DNA from: a virus
Lineage: Duplodnaviria > Caudoviricetes
Length of the DNA: 64,000 nt
IMG/VR virus record: IMGVR_UViG_3300025934_000014
Span: 58,116-122,115 of that record
Reading direction: 5' to 3' (one strand)
Shown here: positions 38,041 to 47,951 of the stretch, piece after piece
Layout: each line of letters opens with the position of its first letter
Position numbering within the stretch: position 1 is the stretch's first letter
The notes under the pieces: model-generated
What the model saw: only the letters and a program-made list of their open reading frames with translations
The model's database searches: none
What the model was told of the DNA's origin: nothing
Position numbers and translations under genes: made by a program

Positions 38041-38853
38041 CGGGATGCGCATCATCCAGAACATCTGGATGACTGAGCCGGGCGATCCGATCACGGTGTA
38101 TCGCACGTGGGTGGAGCGATTGTTCACGCGCCCGTGGCGACCGTGGGTGGCCTCGCGCATTGTGATCCCGACGGTGCCGCGTAAGGACGTGCTCAAGATC
38201 GGGGACGACATTTTGATGATGCACCCGGACACCTTCCGGGCACTGAAGGCGCAATTGAAGGAGGGGCACCTGTGGCAAGAGTGAATGCGACAGAGACGAC
38301 GACACGTGAAGAAACGATCCTGAAAGAGTGGCAATCGGTGGTGTGTCAGAACGCGTTCGTGCAGACAGGCGACGTGTACTGGCACTCGCTCTGGATTGGG
38401 TTCGCGCTGGCGCACGGCATGGACTACCGACGCGCGGATCGGATCTATCAGCGCAAGGCGCTGCCGTTCGTGGTAGTGGAGACGAAGAAGTGAATCCGTT
38501 CATCGTGGCGGAAGTCTCCAAGAACTGGAAGAACGGCGTGTCGATGGCGGATACGCCGCTGCTGTCGGTCCAGTTCGAGCACGTCATCAACATCAACGCC
38601 GAGCGCGGCTATGAACTGGAGACGTTCGCGATCCATCGGCAGATGACTGGCCCCGACGTGCTGAACGAAACGATCATCGCGGTCTTCCGGTACGTGCGGT
38701 GACGGATCGGTATCGGCTCTTGCACGCATGGCGCAGAGAGAATCCGCGCCAGTTCACCAAGGCGACGAAGCTGTGCGCGAAGTGCGGGGCACGCGTGACA
38801 GTCGATGAAGCGAAGCGGGTACTTGTGTGCCCACGGTGCAAGCAGGATTACTG

Positions 38854-39246
38854 ATGGACTCACGCATCAAACCTGAAATCTTCAAACAGCGCGTCCCGTG
38901 TCAGGACTGCCCCTTTCGCAAGAACGGCGGGGCGCGGCATAGCCCCGAGATGGCGGCGAGCTATATCAGCTACTTCCTGCACCCGCAGGGCGCGACGTTC
39001 CCCTGCCACAAGTCGGTGACGAAGGACGACCCGCGCACCGAGTGGTCTGAGTGGCAGGATGGACAGGTGCTGTGCGCCGGTGGTCTGATCTTCGCGGCGA
39101 AGCTCGAACGGCGGAACGCGCTGGTCGCACTCGCGGAACGCGAGGGCTGGTACTCGCAACTTCAGCACACGCCAGAGGAGCGAGCACTGGTGTTCGACTC
39201 CGCCGAGGAGATGCTGCTCGCGGCAGATTGGGACGATGAGCGATAG
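38854..39246 (+). CDS. Cys-rich phage protein
   Basis: PCQDCPFRK...FPCHK...CAG. Confidence 0.6.
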   Translation: MDSRIKPEIFKQRVPCQDCPFRKNGGARHSPEMAASYISYFLHPQGATFPCHKSVTKDDPRTEWSEWQDGQVLCAGGLIFAAKLERRNALVALAEREGWYSQLQHTPEERALVFDSAEEMLLAADWDDER

Positions 39247-39790
39247 CCTGACCGACAGCCTGAACTTCGTGACCCAGTTCCTGCCGAAGCGTGCGTGCGA
39301 GGGATCACCGACCACATCGCACGGCGACATGGAGGAATGCCCTCGCTGTCAGGTGCGCGTGGATCGCGAGATGGTGCATCACCCGGTCTTCGGTTTCGTC
39401 AGCATGTGCGGTTTGAAGACCTCGACGGCTCCGCCCTGCACGGCGTGCGGCCTGCGCGAGAAGGTGGCACGGCTGGAGTTCGCGCTGGCGGAGACGGAGA
39501 CGCGCCGGGCGGCGGTGGACAAGCTCCACGCGGAGACGCTGTCGGCACTAGGTGCTGATGAACACGACCTCGGGCCGACGCTGGCGAAGCAACGTCGCGA
39601 GGAGGCCGCGCGTGCGGCCACGCTCCGGGCGCGGCTCGTCACGTTGATCGCGGACGAGTGCGACTGCGACCTTCCGAAGCGCCGGGCCGAGAAGGTGTTG
39701 CCGCAGGGGTTCTATCAGCATCACCGCTGGTGCGCGACCCAGAAGGACTTTGTGCAGCGGCTTGCTGCCGTACTACGTGAGGAGTCATGA
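39236..39790 (+). CDS. hypothetical protein with CxxC motifs and coiled coil
   Basis: ORF in tandem gene run. Confidence 0.5.
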   Translation: MSDSLTDSLNFVTQFLPKRACEGSPTTSHGDMEECPRCQVRVDREMVHHPVFGFVSMCGLKTSTAPPCTACGLREKVARLEFALAETETRRAAVDKLHAETLSALGADEHDLGPTLAKQRREEAARAATLRARLVTLIADECDCDLPKRRAEKVLPQGFYQHHRWCATQKDFVQRLAAVLREES

Positions 39791-40170
39791 CCGTTCGAGT
39801 GATCACGCCAGTTGACATGACGAAGTTCGGGCCGTTGCCGGAGCGACCGCATCCGCGAGCCGTGGTGCCGATTCCGCGCATCGCGGTGATCGTGGACATC
39901 AAGGCCGACACGTGCGCGGCGCTCGCGGCGAATGGGCCTGACTCGCCGGAGGGACGGAACTGGCAAGGGCTGGCGGACGAGTTGCGCGACGTGGTGTGGA
40001 TGCTCCGCGCCGTGCAGCCGCAACCCGAGGTGACGCACGAGAAAGCGGTCGCGACGGCCAACGCTCTCGCGACGTGGCTGAATGAGAACCTGCACCCGCC
40101 GCATACCTTGCACCCGGTTTATAACGCGTGGGTGCTCCTGTGTGACTTCATCGCGAGGAGCCAGCAATGA
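39787..40170 (+). CDS. hypothetical protein
   Basis: GAGGAG RBS, ATGA overlap. Confidence 0.5.
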   Translation: MTVRVITPVDMTKFGPLPERPHPRAVVPIPRIAVIVDIKADTCAALAANGPDSPEGRNWQGLADELRDVVWMLRAVQPQPEVTHEKAVATANALATWLNENLHPPHTLHPVYNAWVLLCDFIARSQQ

Positions 40171-40484
40171 TCGGACATCCTGATTCTGATTGCGAAGTCG
40201 CACGCGGGGTTGGTGCGCTGTGTACCTGTGCCACGCCAGAGGACAAAGCGGAATGGGCACGAGAGCGTGCTGAAGCCGAAGCCGAGCGCGATGCCGAGTC
40301 ACTTCAGCTGGCTAGGTCAGTCGATCATGCTACGCGTCGAGAGTTCGTTCACCCCGGTCGAGGGCACGCTGATCAACATCAAGCAAACGACCTATCGCAT
40401 CACCGGTGTCTCGTTCTCCGTCGATCACGCGGACAGGCCATTCGAGGCGCAGATGCGGTGCAACGTCATCATGGAAGTGCTGTT

Positions 40485-40967
40485 ATGAGGCAGCGGCCAC
40501 CCGCCGAGGTGATTCACCTCGCCATTACGCAGGCGACCCTCTCGCCGTGCCGGAGCAAACGCGGCGCGGTGATCTTCCGGGATACCCGCATCATCGCGCA
40601 CGGGTACAACTACAAGCCCCGTGGCTTCGATTGCGACGGCACCGAGGCGTGCAAGGCCACGTGCCGGGTCGAAGCCGTCCATGCCGAGCAGGCGGCGCTG
40701 ATGCTGGCGCTGGCGACCACGATGACCGTCCGTGGGACCGACCTCGTTCACGTCAAGGTGGTGGCTGACCAACTGGTGCCGTCTGGGCCACCCTCGTGCG
40801 TGCAGTGCAGCAAGCTCCTACTGGTGGCCGGGATCTCGGGCGTCTGGCTGTTCCACGACCACGGGACGGACGCGCCGGGCTGGGAGTGGTACGACGCGCA
40901 CCGGTTCCACGCGCTCTCGCTGGTGGCCGACCGGGGACTGGTTCACGGTACCGTGAAGGAAATATGA
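40485..40967 (+). CDS. dCMP/cytidine deaminase-family protein
   Basis: SPC..KRGAVI..GYN..HAEQAA..PSCVQC zinc-binding motifs. Confidence 0.8.
   Translation: MRQRPPAEVIHLAITQATLSPCRSKRGAVIFRDTRIIAHGYNYKPRGFDCDGTEACKATCRVEAVHAEQAALMLALATTMTVRGTDLVHVKVVADQLVPSGPPSCVQCSKLLLVAGISGVWLFHDHGTDAPGWEWYDAHRFHALSLVADRGLVHGTVKEI
40942..40957. repeat. 16-bp palindrome copy 3
   Basis: TTCACGGTACCGTGAA at a gene junction, overlapping the RBS of the next ORF. Confidence 0.85.
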
Positions 40968-41224
40968 GCAAGCCCGGCTCAGATCAGATGTTCGTCGTCT
41001 ACGACGCCCGTGCGATCACCGAGGGGACCGAGGATGCCACCGTCCTGAGCGCCGCCGGGTCGCTGGAGGGCGCTCGCCGGGACGCGCTGGAGAACGGCTA
41101 TCCTTGCGCCATCTACGGCTACGACGTGGACCGCAGCACTTCACCGCCCTCACTCGTCAACGAACGCTTCATCGAGCCTGCGCCGCCGACCCGGCGACGA
41201 GGCCGAGGCACCAAGTACCGATGA
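40964..41224 (+). CDS. hypothetical protein
   Basis: AAGGA RBS; FVVYDARA. Confidence 0.55.
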   Translation: MSKPGSDQMFVVYDARAITEGTEDATVLSAAGSLEGARRDALENGYPCAIYGYDVDRSTSPPSLVNERFIEPAPPTRRRGRGTKYR

Positions 41225-41679
41225 TCCAGATCAAGCCGAGCGCGACCGCCGACACGCGCACCTGTGATTACGCCAACGTCTCCAAGCAGACGTTGCGGGT
41301 CAGTTCGATCCAGCACATTGACGACGTGGCGCGAGCACTGGCGTTCTTCCGGCGCTGCCTGATCAAGGCCGCGATGGAGCACGACAAGGACAAGCTCTCG
41401 GACCTCGACAGCTTCCACGCCGACTTCGTGACCGGGTTCGACACGCACGACTGGTGGGACCGGCACCGTGCCCTGAACCGGCATCACCTGACGCAGGACG
41501 ATGGCGTCCCGGCGGACGTGAACTTGATCGACGTGCTCGACTTCATTGCCGACTGCGTGTGCGCCGGGATGGCGCGGAGCGGCAGCGTCTATCCGCTCGC
41601 GTTGAACCCCGAGGTGCTGGAGCGTGCGTTCCAGAACACCGTGGAGTTGCTGAAGGCCGAGATCGAGGTCATCCCATGA
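41221..41679 (+). CDS. HD-like phosphohydrolase (DUF5662-like)
   Basis: H..DV..HDKDKL..H..LNRHH..DVLDFIADC. Confidence 0.6.
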   Translation: MIQIKPSATADTRTCDYANVSKQTLRVSSIQHIDDVARALAFFRRCLIKAAMEHDKDKLSDLDSFHADFVTGFDTHDWWDRHRALNRHHLTQDDGVPADVNLIDVLDFIADCVCAGMARSGSVYPLALNPEVLERAFQNTVELLKAEIEVIP

Positions 41680-42191
41680 GCATCGAACCAACGACCTCGC
41701 TGGTGGATCGCTACGCGGCGCTGCTGGCGGCGCACGCGGCCACGCACACGCCGGTGAATCCGAAGTGGGCGCTGCTGGCGACCATGATGGCCGAGGTGCA
41801 GCGGATGCTCGCGGCGCTGCCCAGTCCGAACGAGGTCGAGCCGGAGCACTGCCCGGAGTGCGCGGCCGACTACAACGAGATCGAGGGTACCGGCGAGTAT
41901 CTGGAGAACGACGATCAGCAGCGCGAGGTCTGGAAGTGCGTGGCGTGCGGGTGCGAGTGGGTGCCCGAGCCGGACTCCGAGGAGCGCACCGCCGTGCTGT
42001 GCGCCCTGTCGTTCGTGCAGGGGGCGCTCTGGGGCATGGGCGTCTGCACCGAGGCGGACCTGATTCCACGGGAGGCACCGGAGGCGGAGACGCCAGCGCC
42101 AGCGGATGCGCCGTCCGCGCCGCCGCCGACGCCCGGCCGTCTCCTGCCGTTCCCGTTTCTCGCGACCCGCGTGACCGACGAGGACAAGTGA
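41676..42191 (+). CDS. zinc-ribbon hypothetical protein
   Basis: CPEC...CVAC. Confidence 0.5.
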   Translation: MSIEPTTSLVDRYAALLAAHAATHTPVNPKWALLATMMAEVQRMLAALPSPNEVEPEHCPECAADYNEIEGTGEYLENDDQQREVWKCVACGCEWVPEPDSEERTAVLCALSFVQGALWGMGVCTEADLIPREAPEAETPAPADAPSAPPPTPGRLLPFPFLATRVTDEDK

Positions 42192-42436
42192 CCGAGGCCG
42201 AGGAGCGGACCTACCGCGAGGGTCAGCGACAGGCGTGGGTCCGCGTGCTCCGGCTGGCGTGTCACGAGCTTGGCTACGACGGCAACGGCGAGGCGCAGGC
42301 GCGGTGGATCATCGAGCGCGAGGAGGCGGTGGCGCAGCTACGCATCGCCTGCCGGAACCACGGCGACACCGACTGGGACGATCACGACTATCTGGCCGAT
42401 GTCATCGAGAAACATCTGGCTCGCCATCTGACATGA
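42188..42436 (+). CDS. hypothetical protein
   Basis: GDTDWDDHDYLADVIEKHL; coupled start. Confidence 0.55.
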   Translation: MTEAEERTYREGQRQAWVRVLRLACHELGYDGNGEAQARWIIEREEAVAQLRIACRNHGDTDWDDHDYLADVIEKHLARHLT

Positions 42437-42440
42437 GGGC

Positions 42441-42469
42441 TTGACTTCAGGGTCCATTGCCATTACCAT
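42441..42469 (+). promoter_or_regulatory. sigma70-type phage promoter
   Basis: TTGACT-17-TACCAT. Confidence 0.75.
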
Positions 42470-42476
42470 TAGAGAC

Positions 42477-42671
42477 ATGGCGACGACGACGGCGACGACG
42501 AATCCGGACCAGCAACTCCACGTGTTCAAGACCTTTCTGGGCCTCCCGCCCGATGCGAATGACCCGCCGGTCTGCGGCGCGGTGCTCACGTCGGCCTACA
42601 ACGGCCGGAACGCGCCGAAGTGCGCCGCCTGTCTGGTGATTCTGAAGGCGGCGCGGGGCGAGCGGTCATGA
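42477..42671 (+). CDS. small zinc-binding protein, likely leaderless
   Basis: ATG 7 nt after -10; H..CG..CAAC. Confidence 0.55.
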   Translation: MATTTATTNPDQQLHVFKTFLGLPPDANDPPVCGAVLTSAYNGRNAPKCAACLVILKAARGERS

Positions 42672-42919
42672 GCGACCACACCATCAAGATCGAGAACGGG
42701 CACGTCCAGTTCGTGTACGACGACGCGCTGGGCGACCTCTTGGCCGAGGGCACCGTGGCCGTCTGCCGTGTCAGCGACGTGGAGCCGGACCCGCGTGGCG
42801 GCTGGTCGGCGGACATGACGAAGGCCGGAGCGCCGGGCGTCCTGCTGGGACCATTCCCGACGCGAGCGGAAGCCCTGCGAGCGGAGCGCGAGTGGCTGAC
42901 GGAGAATCGCGGCCTGTGA
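42668..42919 (+). CDS. hypothetical protein
   Basis: VSDVEPD..GWSADM..LGPF.TRAEAL.AE.EWL. Confidence 0.6.
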   Translation: MSDHTIKIENGHVQFVYDDALGDLLAEGTVAVCRVSDVEPDPRGGWSADMTKAGAPGVLLGPFPTRAEALRAEREWLTENRGL

Positions 42920-43404
42920 GGTCCGTCACGGAAGCAGATCGTTTCTGGGCCAAGGTGAACAAGGACGGCCCGGTGCATCCGGTGCTTGGAACGCGGTGCT
43001 GGTTGTGGACGGGAGCAAAGAACCCAGACGGTTATGGCAACTTCCGCGTAGGCGGCAAGGTCGTGAAGGCCCATCGGATCGCATGGAAAATCCAGACCGG
43101 GGAGTGGCCGGACGCGCACACGCTCCATCGTTGCGATCAGCCTTCGTGCATCCGCTTTGAACACCTGTTCGAGGGAAGCCACGCGGCGAACATGCAAGAC
43201 GCTGCGACGAAGGGGCGCTTCTCTCGGCGCGGCGAGGCCAACCCGAGAGCAATTCTTACGACTGCGGCTGTGGCTGCGATACGTGCAGCGAAGCCAGCGC
43301 ACTACGCACGCAACCGTGCGCTGGTCGAAACGCTGGCTGAAACCTACGGCACGACACCGGCCTACATCCGCCTCCTTTGGAGAAAAAACAATCTTTGGTC
43401 TTGA
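42916..43404 (+). CDS. HNH endonuclease
   Basis: RFWAKV..CWLWTG..GYG..AHRIAW..HRCDQPSC..HL..G...NM.D. Confidence 0.85.
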   Translation: MRSVTEADRFWAKVNKDGPVHPVLGTRCWLWTGAKNPDGYGNFRVGGKVVKAHRIAWKIQTGEWPDAHTLHRCDQPSCIRFEHLFEGSHAANMQDAATKGRFSRRGEANPRAILTTAAVAAIRAAKPAHYARNRALVETLAETYGTTPAYIRLLWRKNNLWS

Positions 43405-43429
43405 CACCGCAGAACATTGGAACTACCAT
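43401..43429 (+). promoter_or_regulatory. sigma70-type phage promoter
   Basis: TTGACA-17-TACCAT with GAACATTG in spacer. Confidence 0.75.
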
Positions 43430-43470
43430 TAACAGTGTTGGCGATGGGGCCAGCAAGTAAGGAGCAGGTT

Positions 43471-43914
43471 ATGTCTCACGTCGCAGATGTGGATATTCAA
43501 ATTCGCGACCTCGACGCGTGCGCCATCGCGGCGAAGGCGCTGGGCGGCGAACTGGTGCTGAACCAGAAAACGCACAAGTGGTTCGGCCAGTTCATGAATG
43601 ACTGGAGCGACGAGCAGGCGGCGGCGAACCGGCGCGACCCGGCGACGTTCGGCAAGTGCGACCACGCCATCGTGTTCCCCGGCATCGACTACGAGATCGG
43701 GCTGTGCCGCGAGGCCGACGGCTCCTTCACGCCGGTGTACGACTCGTGGGGATCGGGCCAGCAGATCGCGAACCGGTGCGGTGGCCTGACGCTGCCGAAG
43801 TTCAAGGACGAATACGCCGCCGCCGTCTCGACGCGCGTGCTGGCACGCAAGGGATTCCGGGTCACGCGGACCACGGGCAGCAAGGGCGAGATCGTCCTGA
43901 AAGCGAGCGCATAG
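43471..43914 (+). CDS. DUF1257/Ycf35-like protein
   Basis: MSHVADVDIQIRDLD.., YEIGL....GSF....DSW, YAAAV....A..KGFRV. Confidence 0.7.
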   Translation: MSHVADVDIQIRDLDACAIAAKALGGELVLNQKTHKWFGQFMNDWSDEQAAANRRDPATFGKCDHAIVFPGIDYEIGLCREADGSFTPVYDSWGSGQQIANRCGGLTLPKFKDEYAAAVSTRVLARKGFRVTRTTGSKGEIVLKASA

Positions 43915-43916
43915 TC

Positions 43917-44084
43917 ATGGCGAGTCTGACGGTGACGATTGTGAACGGCGAGGCCGTGGTGACGGCCGACGGCACGAAGCTGTCGTGCGACACGGCGCAC
44001 GATGTCGAGAAGGCCATCGGCAAGGTGTCGAAGTCGGTCAAGACGCACGCGCGTCCGGTGGACGCGAAGCTGGTGCAGAAGTGA
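43917..44084 (+). CDS. DUF2997-like small protein
   Basis: LTVTIVNGEAVV...SC....VEKAIG, adjacent to the DUF1257-like gene. Confidence 0.55.
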   Translation: MASLTVTIVNGEAVVTADGTKLSCDTAHDVEKAIGKVSKSVKTHARPVDAKLVQK

Positions 44085-44251
44085 AGCTGGGGCCGGGCCT
44101 CACCTTCTCGTGGAGACGCGCCCTCGGCATCACGCAGGCGCGGCGGACCTTCGCCCGGAAGACGGGCATCCCGACCACGCGCAGCGGCGTCGAGCGCAAG
44201 GTCGGCGGGTTCCTGATCAAGACGCTGCTCAAAGCGGTGACGGGCAAATAA
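44081..44251 (+). CDS. small basic protein
   Basis: PGLTFSWRRALGIT.ARR..ARKTGIPTTRSG.ERKVG. Confidence 0.6.
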   Translation: MKLGPGLTFSWRRALGITQARRTFARKTGIPTTRSGVERKVGGFLIKTLLKAVTGK

Positions 44252-44265
44252 AATCCCGTCGCCCC

Positions 44266-44295
44266 TTGACACGGCCGGAACGGTGGCATTATCAT
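44266..44295 (+). promoter_or_regulatory. sigma70-type phage promoter
   Basis: TTGACA-18-TATCAT with GGAACGGTG in spacer. Confidence 0.7.
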
Positions 44296-44308
44296 TAGGA
44301 CATAGGAG

Positions 44309-45280
44309 ATGACGATGGAGACGACGATGACGGACACGACGAACGAGACGGCCCCGACGGCAGGCCAGTTGGTAGCGGCGAAGACGATCTGCTTGGTGCT
44401 CAAGATCGGCCAGTTCGGCAACACGAAACAGGCACCGCTGGCCGGTGCGGTGTTGTCGGCCGATGACCCGACGCAGGAACCCGACAAGAAGTTGCTGCGT
44501 CTGTCGAAGACGCTGATCGTGTCGCCCGAACTGGTGGCGATTCAGAAGCACGACTCGGCGCTGGCCGCGTCGATTCGGCGGCTCGCGTTTTCGTCGCTGT
44601 TCAAGGGCGGCGTCTACATGATTCCGATTGCGATGGTGCCCGACATCGAGGTGCTCTTGCAGGACGCGCAGACGCGTCGGCAGGCGCTGGTGGACGCGGC
44701 CGTCGCGGCCTATCCCCTGCGCGTGCAGGAAACCACGGAGCGCCTCGGCAGCGCGGCGAACACGCGCGATTATCCCAGCACGGAGCGGTTCCGGGCGGCG
44801 TTCTACATCGAGTACAGCTACGTGACCTTCGATACGCCCTCGCGGCTGAAGGCCATCAGCGCGGCGCTGTTTCAGGCCGAGGTCGAGAAGCAGCGTGCGC
44901 GGCTGGAGTCGGTCGCCGGGGAATGCCAGCAGGCGATGCGTGCGGGGCTGGCCCAGTTGGTCGATCACCTCGCGGAGCGCCTGACGCCGGGCGAGGACGG
45001 CAAGCCGAAGCGGCTGGCGCACACGACCATCGGCCACCTGAACGACTTCCTGACGATGTTTGAACTGCGCAACGTCACCGACGACGCCGAACTCGGAGAC
45101 ATCGTGGTCAAAGCGCGAGCGGTCATGCAGGGCGTCGATCACAAGACGCTCAAGAGCGACACGCTGATCGCCCAGAAGGTCGCGCAGGAACTGGCGGACC
45201 TGAAGGCCGCGCTCGACCCGCTGATCACCGAGAAGGGCAACCGCCACATCTCGTTCGAGGACGAGGACGCGGTGGCCTGA
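44309..45280 (+). CDS. DUF3150-like helical phage protein
   Basis: LSKTLI, GVYMIP, DYPS....RAAF, LRNVTDDAEL. Confidence 0.6.
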   Translation: MTMETTMTDTTNETAPTAGQLVAAKTICLVLKIGQFGNTKQAPLAGAVLSADDPTQEPDKKLLRLSKTLIVSPELVAIQKHDSALAASIRRLAFSSLFKGGVYMIPIAMVPDIEVLLQDAQTRRQALVDAAVAAYPLRVQETTERLGSAANTRDYPSTERFRAAFYIEYSYVTFDTPSRLKAISAALFQAEVEKQRARLESVAGECQQAMRAGLAQLVDHLAERLTPGEDGKPKRLAHTTIGHLNDFLTMFELRNVTDDAELGDIVVKARAVMQGVDHKTLKSDTLIAQKVAQELADLKAALDPLITEKGNRHISFEDEDAVA

Positions 45281-45287
45281 GACGAGG

Positions 45288-45323
45288 AGAAGCGAAGTGG
45301 AACAGCGTTCCACTTTGCTTCTT
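45288..45323 (+). terminator. long hairpin / putative terminator
   Basis: AAGCGAAGTGGAAC-AGC-GTTCCACTTTGCTT inverted repeat just after the stop. Confidence 0.6.
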
Positions 45324-45357
45324 GGTTCCGTGCTATTATCAATATCATTGGTCGGTC

Positions 45358-45699
45358 ATGGTGCAACTGCAAGCGGACGCGACGACGTGGGTCTTCCGTC
45401 GCGGGGACGGCGAGATGGAAGCGGTCAAAGTGACCGCGATGACCGACTCGCATCTGTTCCGGTGGATCCGGTACTTCCGCAAGAAGTGGCGCGACAACGG
45501 GCACACGAACGTGCCGGACGCGCAACTGGACACGCTGATCAAGCTGGCGATTGTGACCGCGCCAGCGATTTATGCCGAGGCCGTGAAGCGAGGCGTGTAT
45601 GTCGTCTCCCCCACGGTCACGGTGAGCCTCCCTTCGGACCCAGAGGCCAGTCCGGCGCTGGTGCCGGGGGCGAGGCGGATTGACTTGAACGAGGAGTAA
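45358..45699 (+). CDS. hypothetical protein
   Basis: ATG 9 nt after TATCAT; MTDSHL motif. Confidence 0.55.
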   Translation: MVQLQADATTWVFRRGDGEMEAVKVTAMTDSHLFRWIRYFRKKWRDNGHTNVPDAQLDTLIKLAIVTAPAIYAEAVKRGVYVVSPTVTVSLPSDPEASPALVPGARRIDLNEE

Positions 45700-45703
45700 C
45701 CCG

Positions 45704-45931
45704 ATGCCGAGACACGCGACGATTGATATTCCGAAGCAGGGCAGCGAGAAGGAGCGGTCCCTACCGGGAGCCGTCTCGCTGTTTCGCGGCAAGGTCCGCG
45801 CTCCGGTGAGCCTGACCCTGACGCCCGAGCATCACGAGAAGGTGCGCCGCGCGACCCAGCGGATGAACATCACCCGCGCCGACCTGATTGCGCTCCTGAT
45901 TGATCGCTACGCCGACGAGGTGAAGATTTGA
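45704..45931 (+). CDS. ribbon-helix-helix-like DNA-binding protein
   Basis: VSLTLTPE...VRR....ITRADLI..LI; GAGGAG RBS. Confidence 0.55.
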   Translation: MPRHATIDIPKQGSEKERSLPGAVSLFRGKVRAPVSLTLTPEHHEKVRRATQRMNITRADLIALLIDRYADEVKI

Positions 45932-47205
45932 CCGAGACGCTGCTGGACGCGGAACTAATGGACGACGGGGCTTCGCGCGGACTGGTGCGACGAGCGCCGG
46001 GCGACGTGGTGTTGATGCCCGTGATGAACGTGCAACTCGCCAAGCGGCGCATGGAGGAGTTGCAGGAGTTCTGCGCAGGCTACCTCCAAGAGTCGAAGGA
46101 CGGCGGCACCGACGGCGGCGACTACGGCATCATCCCCGGCGCAGGCCAGAAGAAGGTGCTGCTCAAGTCCGGGGCTGAGAAGCTCTGCGACGTGTATGGG
46201 CTGGCCGACCGGTATCGCATCCTGTCGAAGGTCGAGGACTTCGACCACGGCTTGTTCGACTACACGATTGAGTGCGTGCTGGTCCGCAAGACCGACGAGA
46301 TGTTTGTCGGCTCCGGGCTGGGCACGTGCTCGTCGTACGAGGCGAAGTACCGCTGGCGGGACTCGCGGCGCGTCTGCCCACGCTGCCACAAGGACGCGAT
46401 TATCAAGGGCAAGACCGAGTACGGCGGCGGCTACATCTGCTGGAAGAACAAGGGCGGGTGCGGCGAGAAGTTCACGGACACGGACCAGTCGATCATTGGG
46501 CAGGCGACGGGCCGCGTCGAGAACCCGGACATCGTGGACACGAAGAACACCGTCCTGAAGATGGCGAAGAAGCGAGCCAAGATCGACGCGGTGATCGGTG
46601 TCACTCGGTCGAGCGGCATCTTCTCGCAGGATCTGGAGGAGCACCTCACGGCCGAGGGCGACGAATCTCACGGTACCGTGAACAGCACGCCGACGGCCGC
46701 GACCTCGACGCCCCGCGCGACGACGGCTCCGGCGACGACTGCGCCCCCGGCGAACGAGACGCACGAGCAGAAGATCAACCGCATCAAGGCCGAGGCCGCT
46801 GCGAAGTTCGCCAAGCAACAGCAGCCAGCGCAGGCTCAGCCCTCGTCGCCACCTCCGTCATCACAGGGCGAGCCAGCGACGACTGAACCGACGTTGCCGA
46901 TGGACCCGCCTGCGGTTCCGGCGGGACCAGCCGGGACCGTCTTCATCACGGGCATCAACGTGCGCAACGGCCCGATGGTGGTGAAGGACGGCGTGACGAA
47001 GCCGCAGTGGGGGCCGCTCTATGTCATCGCGTTCAGCGCGAAGGTGCAGGCGACCGACGGCAAAGACGTGGCGGATGCGACGACGTTCGATGAACAGATC
47101 GCCGCGACCGCTGAAACCGCACGCGACGAGAAGACCCCTGTGACCCCGAAGGTGGAGCCGGGCAAGAAGAAGGGGTCGTACAACCTGATGGAGTTGACGA
47201 CATGA
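45928..47205 (+). CDS. conserved phage protein, putative ssDNA-annealing/recombination protein
   Basis: DYGIIPG..K.VLLKSGAEKL, G.GTCSSYE.KY, NTVLKMAKKRA.IDAV; disordered linker; near a nuclease gene. Confidence 0.5.
   Translation: MTETLLDAELMDDGASRGLVRRAPGDVVLMPVMNVQLAKRRMEELQEFCAGYLQESKDGGTDGGDYGIIPGAGQKKVLLKSGAEKLCDVYGLADRYRILSKVEDFDHGLFDYTIECVLVRKTDEMFVGSGLGTCSSYEAKYRWRDSRRVCPRCHKDAIIKGKTEYGGGYICWKNKGGCGEKFTDTDQSIIGQATGRVENPDIVDTKNTVLKMAKKRAKIDAVIGVTRSSGIFSQDLEEHLTAEGDESHGTVNSTPTAATSTPRATTAPATTAPPANETHEQKINRIKAEAAAKFAKQQQPAQAQPSSPPPSSQGEPATTEPTLPMDPPAVPAGPAGTVFITGINVRNGPMVVKDGVTKPQWGPLYVIAFSAKVQATDGKDVADATTFDEQIAATAETARDEKTPVTPKVEPGKKKGSYNLMELTT
46667..46682. repeat. 16-bp palindrome copy 4 (CTCACGGTACCGTGAA), intragenic
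   Basis: 15/16 match, at a domain/linker boundary. Confidence 0.85.
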
Positions 47206-47468
47206 GCGCCGATATGGATACCCAGACCGAGCCGGACGTGCTGACCGACTACTTGCTGATCGCACGGAAGTACGGCAAGGGCGAGGCTCGACGCGAGCGC
47301 CGGTTCCCGGATCTCCCGGCGCTGGAACGCGCGATTGATCGGTGGCGCAAGGACGGGTTCACCGAGTGGTGGATCTTTGCGCCGCGCGTGCCGCCAAAGA
47401 AGAAGGGCAAGGCCGCACCCGTGGCGATGCCGACCTCGCGCCGTCTCGTGCGCCAGTGGAAGGACTAG
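47202..47468 (+). CDS. hypothetical protein
   Basis: ATGA overlap; GGAG RBS. Confidence 0.5.
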   Translation: MSADMDTQTEPDVLTDYLLIARKYGKGEARRERRFPDLPALERAIDRWRKDGFTEWWIFAPRVPPKKKGKAAPVAMPTSRRLVRQWKD

Positions 47469-47951
47469 CGATGCTCGATTGCGCCTGTGGGTGTGGTGAA
47501 CGTCCGGCGCGTGGCGAGTTCCGGCCCGGTCACGATGCGAAGAAGATCGCGGAGATCACGAGACGCGCTGGTGGCTGGCGGAAGCTGGAAGCACTGGTCG
47601 TGCGGATGGAGCGCGGCGATCAGGAGACAGACATGACCCCAGACCCACGAGCCGAGCGGGAGCAGGGATTACGCGCGTATGTGCAGCACCATCCCGATTG
47701 CTGGCATGCGTCTGGCTGCGCGGAGTGTAACAACCCTACGGAATGGCATGGCAGAAACGGGCATCACGCGCGTGTTCCGCTGCACTGCACCTGCGGACTC
47801 GCCGCCCTGTTGGCGGTGATCCCTCCCCCTGTCGAACCCAACCTGAGAGATCGTGCGGAGCGAGCGATGTCCACATTGCGAGCCGAGACGCCACCGTGCG
47901 GACCCTACGAGGAGGAAGCTGACGTGATTCGCGATCTCCTACAATGTCGCG

